A stretch of DNA of 64,000 nucleotides. Origin: Phormidesmis sp. GTDB taxonomy: Bacteria > Cyanobacteriota > Cyanobacteriia > Leptolyngbyales > Leptolyngbyaceae. Of the stretch, positions 62,283 to 64,000 are shown piece after piece. The notes beneath the pieces are model-generated. The model saw nothing but the letters and a program-made list of their open reading frames with translations, was not told the origin of the DNA and searched no databases. Location: the NCBI GenBank assembly GCA_965248535.1, contig CBDFJR010000005.1:736001-800000 (forward strand). Reading direction: 5' to 3'. Position 1 is the first letter of the stretch; each line of letters opens with the position of its first letter. The position numbers and the translations under genes were made by a program.

Positions 62283-62654
62283 ATGGCAGTTAGGACGATC
62301 GTTCCTAGCTCGATTTCGTTTACGGTTGAGTTAGGTTGCTCAATCGAAAAGCGTTATCGAGTCAGTGTCACTTTGGATTTACAAGAGCGTTATCTCTTCA
62401 TGCCGTCTGGCATTCTCGTGAATGTTAGCGACAGCATTGAAGACTTCACCTCGCAACTGAGTGAGATTGCTTCTAATCAACTGGCATTTCTGAAGTGGGA
62501 TGGCACGAGTGATTTGACGACAGAGTATCAAGTTGTTCGAGTGTTGCCCGGTTATCAAGTTGGACGTTCTCTCGTGAAGTTCAACATTGTTCTGGGTGAG
62601 GGTTCACTGATTCAAGTAGAGGAGTTGCACAACGAAACCAACATTCAACTCTAG
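62283..62654 (+). CDS. Hypothetical protein
   Basis: 123 aa, ATG with GAGGA RBS; no motif recognised. Confidence 0.65.
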   Translation: MAVRTIVPSSISFTVELGCSIEKRYRVSVTLDLQERYLFMPSGILVNVSDSIEDFTSQLSEIASNQLAFLKWDGTSDLTTEYQVVRVLPGYQVGRSLVKFNIVLGEGSLIQVEELHNETNIQL

Positions 62655-62949
62655 AACAGTTGGGGTTAGAGATCCGTCGATGATCCCTTTGGGAGCCTGC
62701 AATGTGATCTGTTGGGTTATAGCGCTTGCCCCCAAAGCGGATTCATCCTCATTACTGCTTTGCTCTTTGTTTAAAGTTGGAAGGTTGCCGTTCAGCTTGG
62801 TCATTCATCGGCCCAAGCGTGGCAAAGACATATATTTAGAAGCTTGGAAAACAGACGGTGAATCTATCCTCGAACCGAGTACACTACAAACTGTTTGATG
62901 GGTGCAGAAGTTGGGCTTGATCAAATCGCTACTTTCATCTCTAGGTAGA

Positions 62950-64000
62950 ATGGACGCGCAAAAAACATTACGACAAAAAGGCAGGAAACCCCTGCTGCGG
63001 CTAACTAGCCTGCTAATCTTTGGAGGCATCTTTCTCGCCTTACCCGCCCGATCGCAGATCATTCCTCAAGCCACCGCCGCCGCCAGAGACACTCAGCGCC
63101 AACAGCAGGTCAACCAAACGCGCCCCGATCGCTACGATCTCAGCCGCCACCCCGTCAACGATGCCAACGAACGCTATTGGCGAAACTTGCTCTGGTCAAC
63201 CGCCATCACAGAACCGCAGCTTGCGTCAGTCGATGGAGCAATCGCGCAAATTCTCTCGCTGACGGCTCGCCGGGGTCTCTCTAACGCCCAAGCCCGAACG
63301 CTGGAAATGGCGATGCAGGTTGGCACTCAGCTTTATCTCAGCAACCCAACTCAATATGACGGCGTAAAGCAACAGTTTTTGCAAACCATCGATCGTAGCC
63401 CTGATGCAGAATGGGTGGCGATGGCGGTGTCGGCACTAGTGCAAGGAGGTGCCGAGACTGAACTGCGATCGCAGTGGCTGACCCTGATTCAGCAACGGTT
63501 TCCTCAATGGCGCGACGATCCGGCTCTGTTGACAACGCTGCGGACGATCGAGAGTCTCGATCGCCCCCATCTCACTCCACCCTTAAAAGATCTGTTGACT
63601 TGGACGATTGCCCCTAACCAGCTTCAGATGTATGTGATTTGTCGCCCCGATCGTGGACTTCTCTGTCAAGCGATTTTAAAAGACCGTCGAGGGCAGTTTG
63701 TTCGTCAAGACGGTGAATTGTGGTCAGTGCCCTTGCTGACCCGATCGCTGCATGGTTTATCGAGCGTCTTTACGCGGGGGCAAACTCCGCAGGGAGTCTA
63801 CCGCATTGAGGGCAGCGTTCCGCAGCCGGATACGGAGTTTTTTAGAGCCTATGGCACCTTTCCTCTGGTCAAGCTATTTACGCCCTTTGAGCCGGGGGTA
63901 AAAGCCTTTTTGCCCAACCATCCGGGACAAATTGCTGGGCTGTCTGCCTATCAGTCGCTGCTGCCACCATCTTGGCGCAACGAGTTTGCAGTCCAGCAGA
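62950..64000 (+). CDS. Exported hypothetical protein, truncated by the window edge (absent from the ORF track)
   Basis: Open from ATG 62950 to the end (350 codons): MDAQKTLRQKGRKPLLRLTSLLIFGGIFLALPARSQ signal peptide, later TRGQTPQGVYRIEG. Confidence 0.8.
   Translation, partial: MDAQKTLRQKGRKPLLRLTSLLIFGGIFLALPARSQIIPQATAAARDTQRQQQVNQTRPDRYDLSRHPVNDANERYWRNLLWSTAITEPQLASVDGAIAQILSLTARRGLSNAQARTLEMAMQVGTQLYLSNPTQYDGVKQQFLQTIDRSPDAEWVAMAVSALVQGGAETELRSQWLTLIQQRFPQWRDDPALLTTLRTIESLDRPHLTPPLKDLLTWTIAPNQLQMYVICRPDRGLLCQAILKDRRGQFVRQDGELWSVPLLTRSLHGLSSVFTRGQTPQGVYRIEGSVPQPDTEFFRAYGTFPLVKLFTPFEPGVKAFLPNHPGQIAGLSAYQSLLPPSWRNEFAVQQ

Noticed and set aside
62651..62721. Possible fourth attC (minus strand CTATAAC ... 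AGATC/GATCT ... GTTCTAG)
   Set aside because: The R boxes pair 6/7, but the spacers are 5 versus 12 nt, there is no extrahelical base in L and the inner stem is weak; not supportable without a covariance-model search.
62680..62898. 72-aa ORF after the hypothetical gene
   Set aside because: No clear RBS or motif; cannot be distinguished from chance.
61750..64000. Integron integrase at the head of the array
   Set aside because: No ORF with tyrosine-recombinase R-H-R-H-Y motifs; the long ORF present has a signal peptide.

Overview
Cyanobacterial chromosome segment: psaA/psaB and a dense scatter of HIP1 octamers (GCGATCGC); a filamentous Leptolyngbya-like host is my inference only. From 1 to 13.2 kb it is mostly core genome (end of psaA, psaB, NUDIX, PGM/PMM, tRNA-Arg(TCT), two DedA genes, an ABC exporter, an MMADHC-like gene). 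From 13.3 to 24.5 kb lies a ~3,740-codon surface protein (DUF4347, beta-propeller, 13 Calx-beta, FG-GAP) split by a 1-bp frameshift. From 25.8 to 36.8 kb is a caspase-like (CHAT) protease and sigma-factor locus: an FHA/TPS-CHAT gene converges on CHAT(-sigma2-like), sigma-like, DUF1822, CHAT-CHASE2 and DUF928-like genes, and all three CHAT domains keep His/Cys catalytic motifs. A TnpB-only IS200/IS605 element sits on the cysW stop codon. Next come the sbp-cysT-cysW and modA-modBC transporters, an IetAS-like AAA-ATPase plus S8 protease pair, and a prolyl oligopeptidase. From 56.3 to 61.75 kb is an integron cassette array with no integrase in the window: three attC sites, two multi-gene cassettes, and a 700-nt ORF-less class C group II intron inserted in the middle attC. 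It is followed by a structured, possibly 6S-like RNA that sequesters the RBS of an unknown ORF. Four genes carry single-base frameshifts, so assembly indels cannot be excluded. All family calls come from motif recognition by eye; no searches were run.
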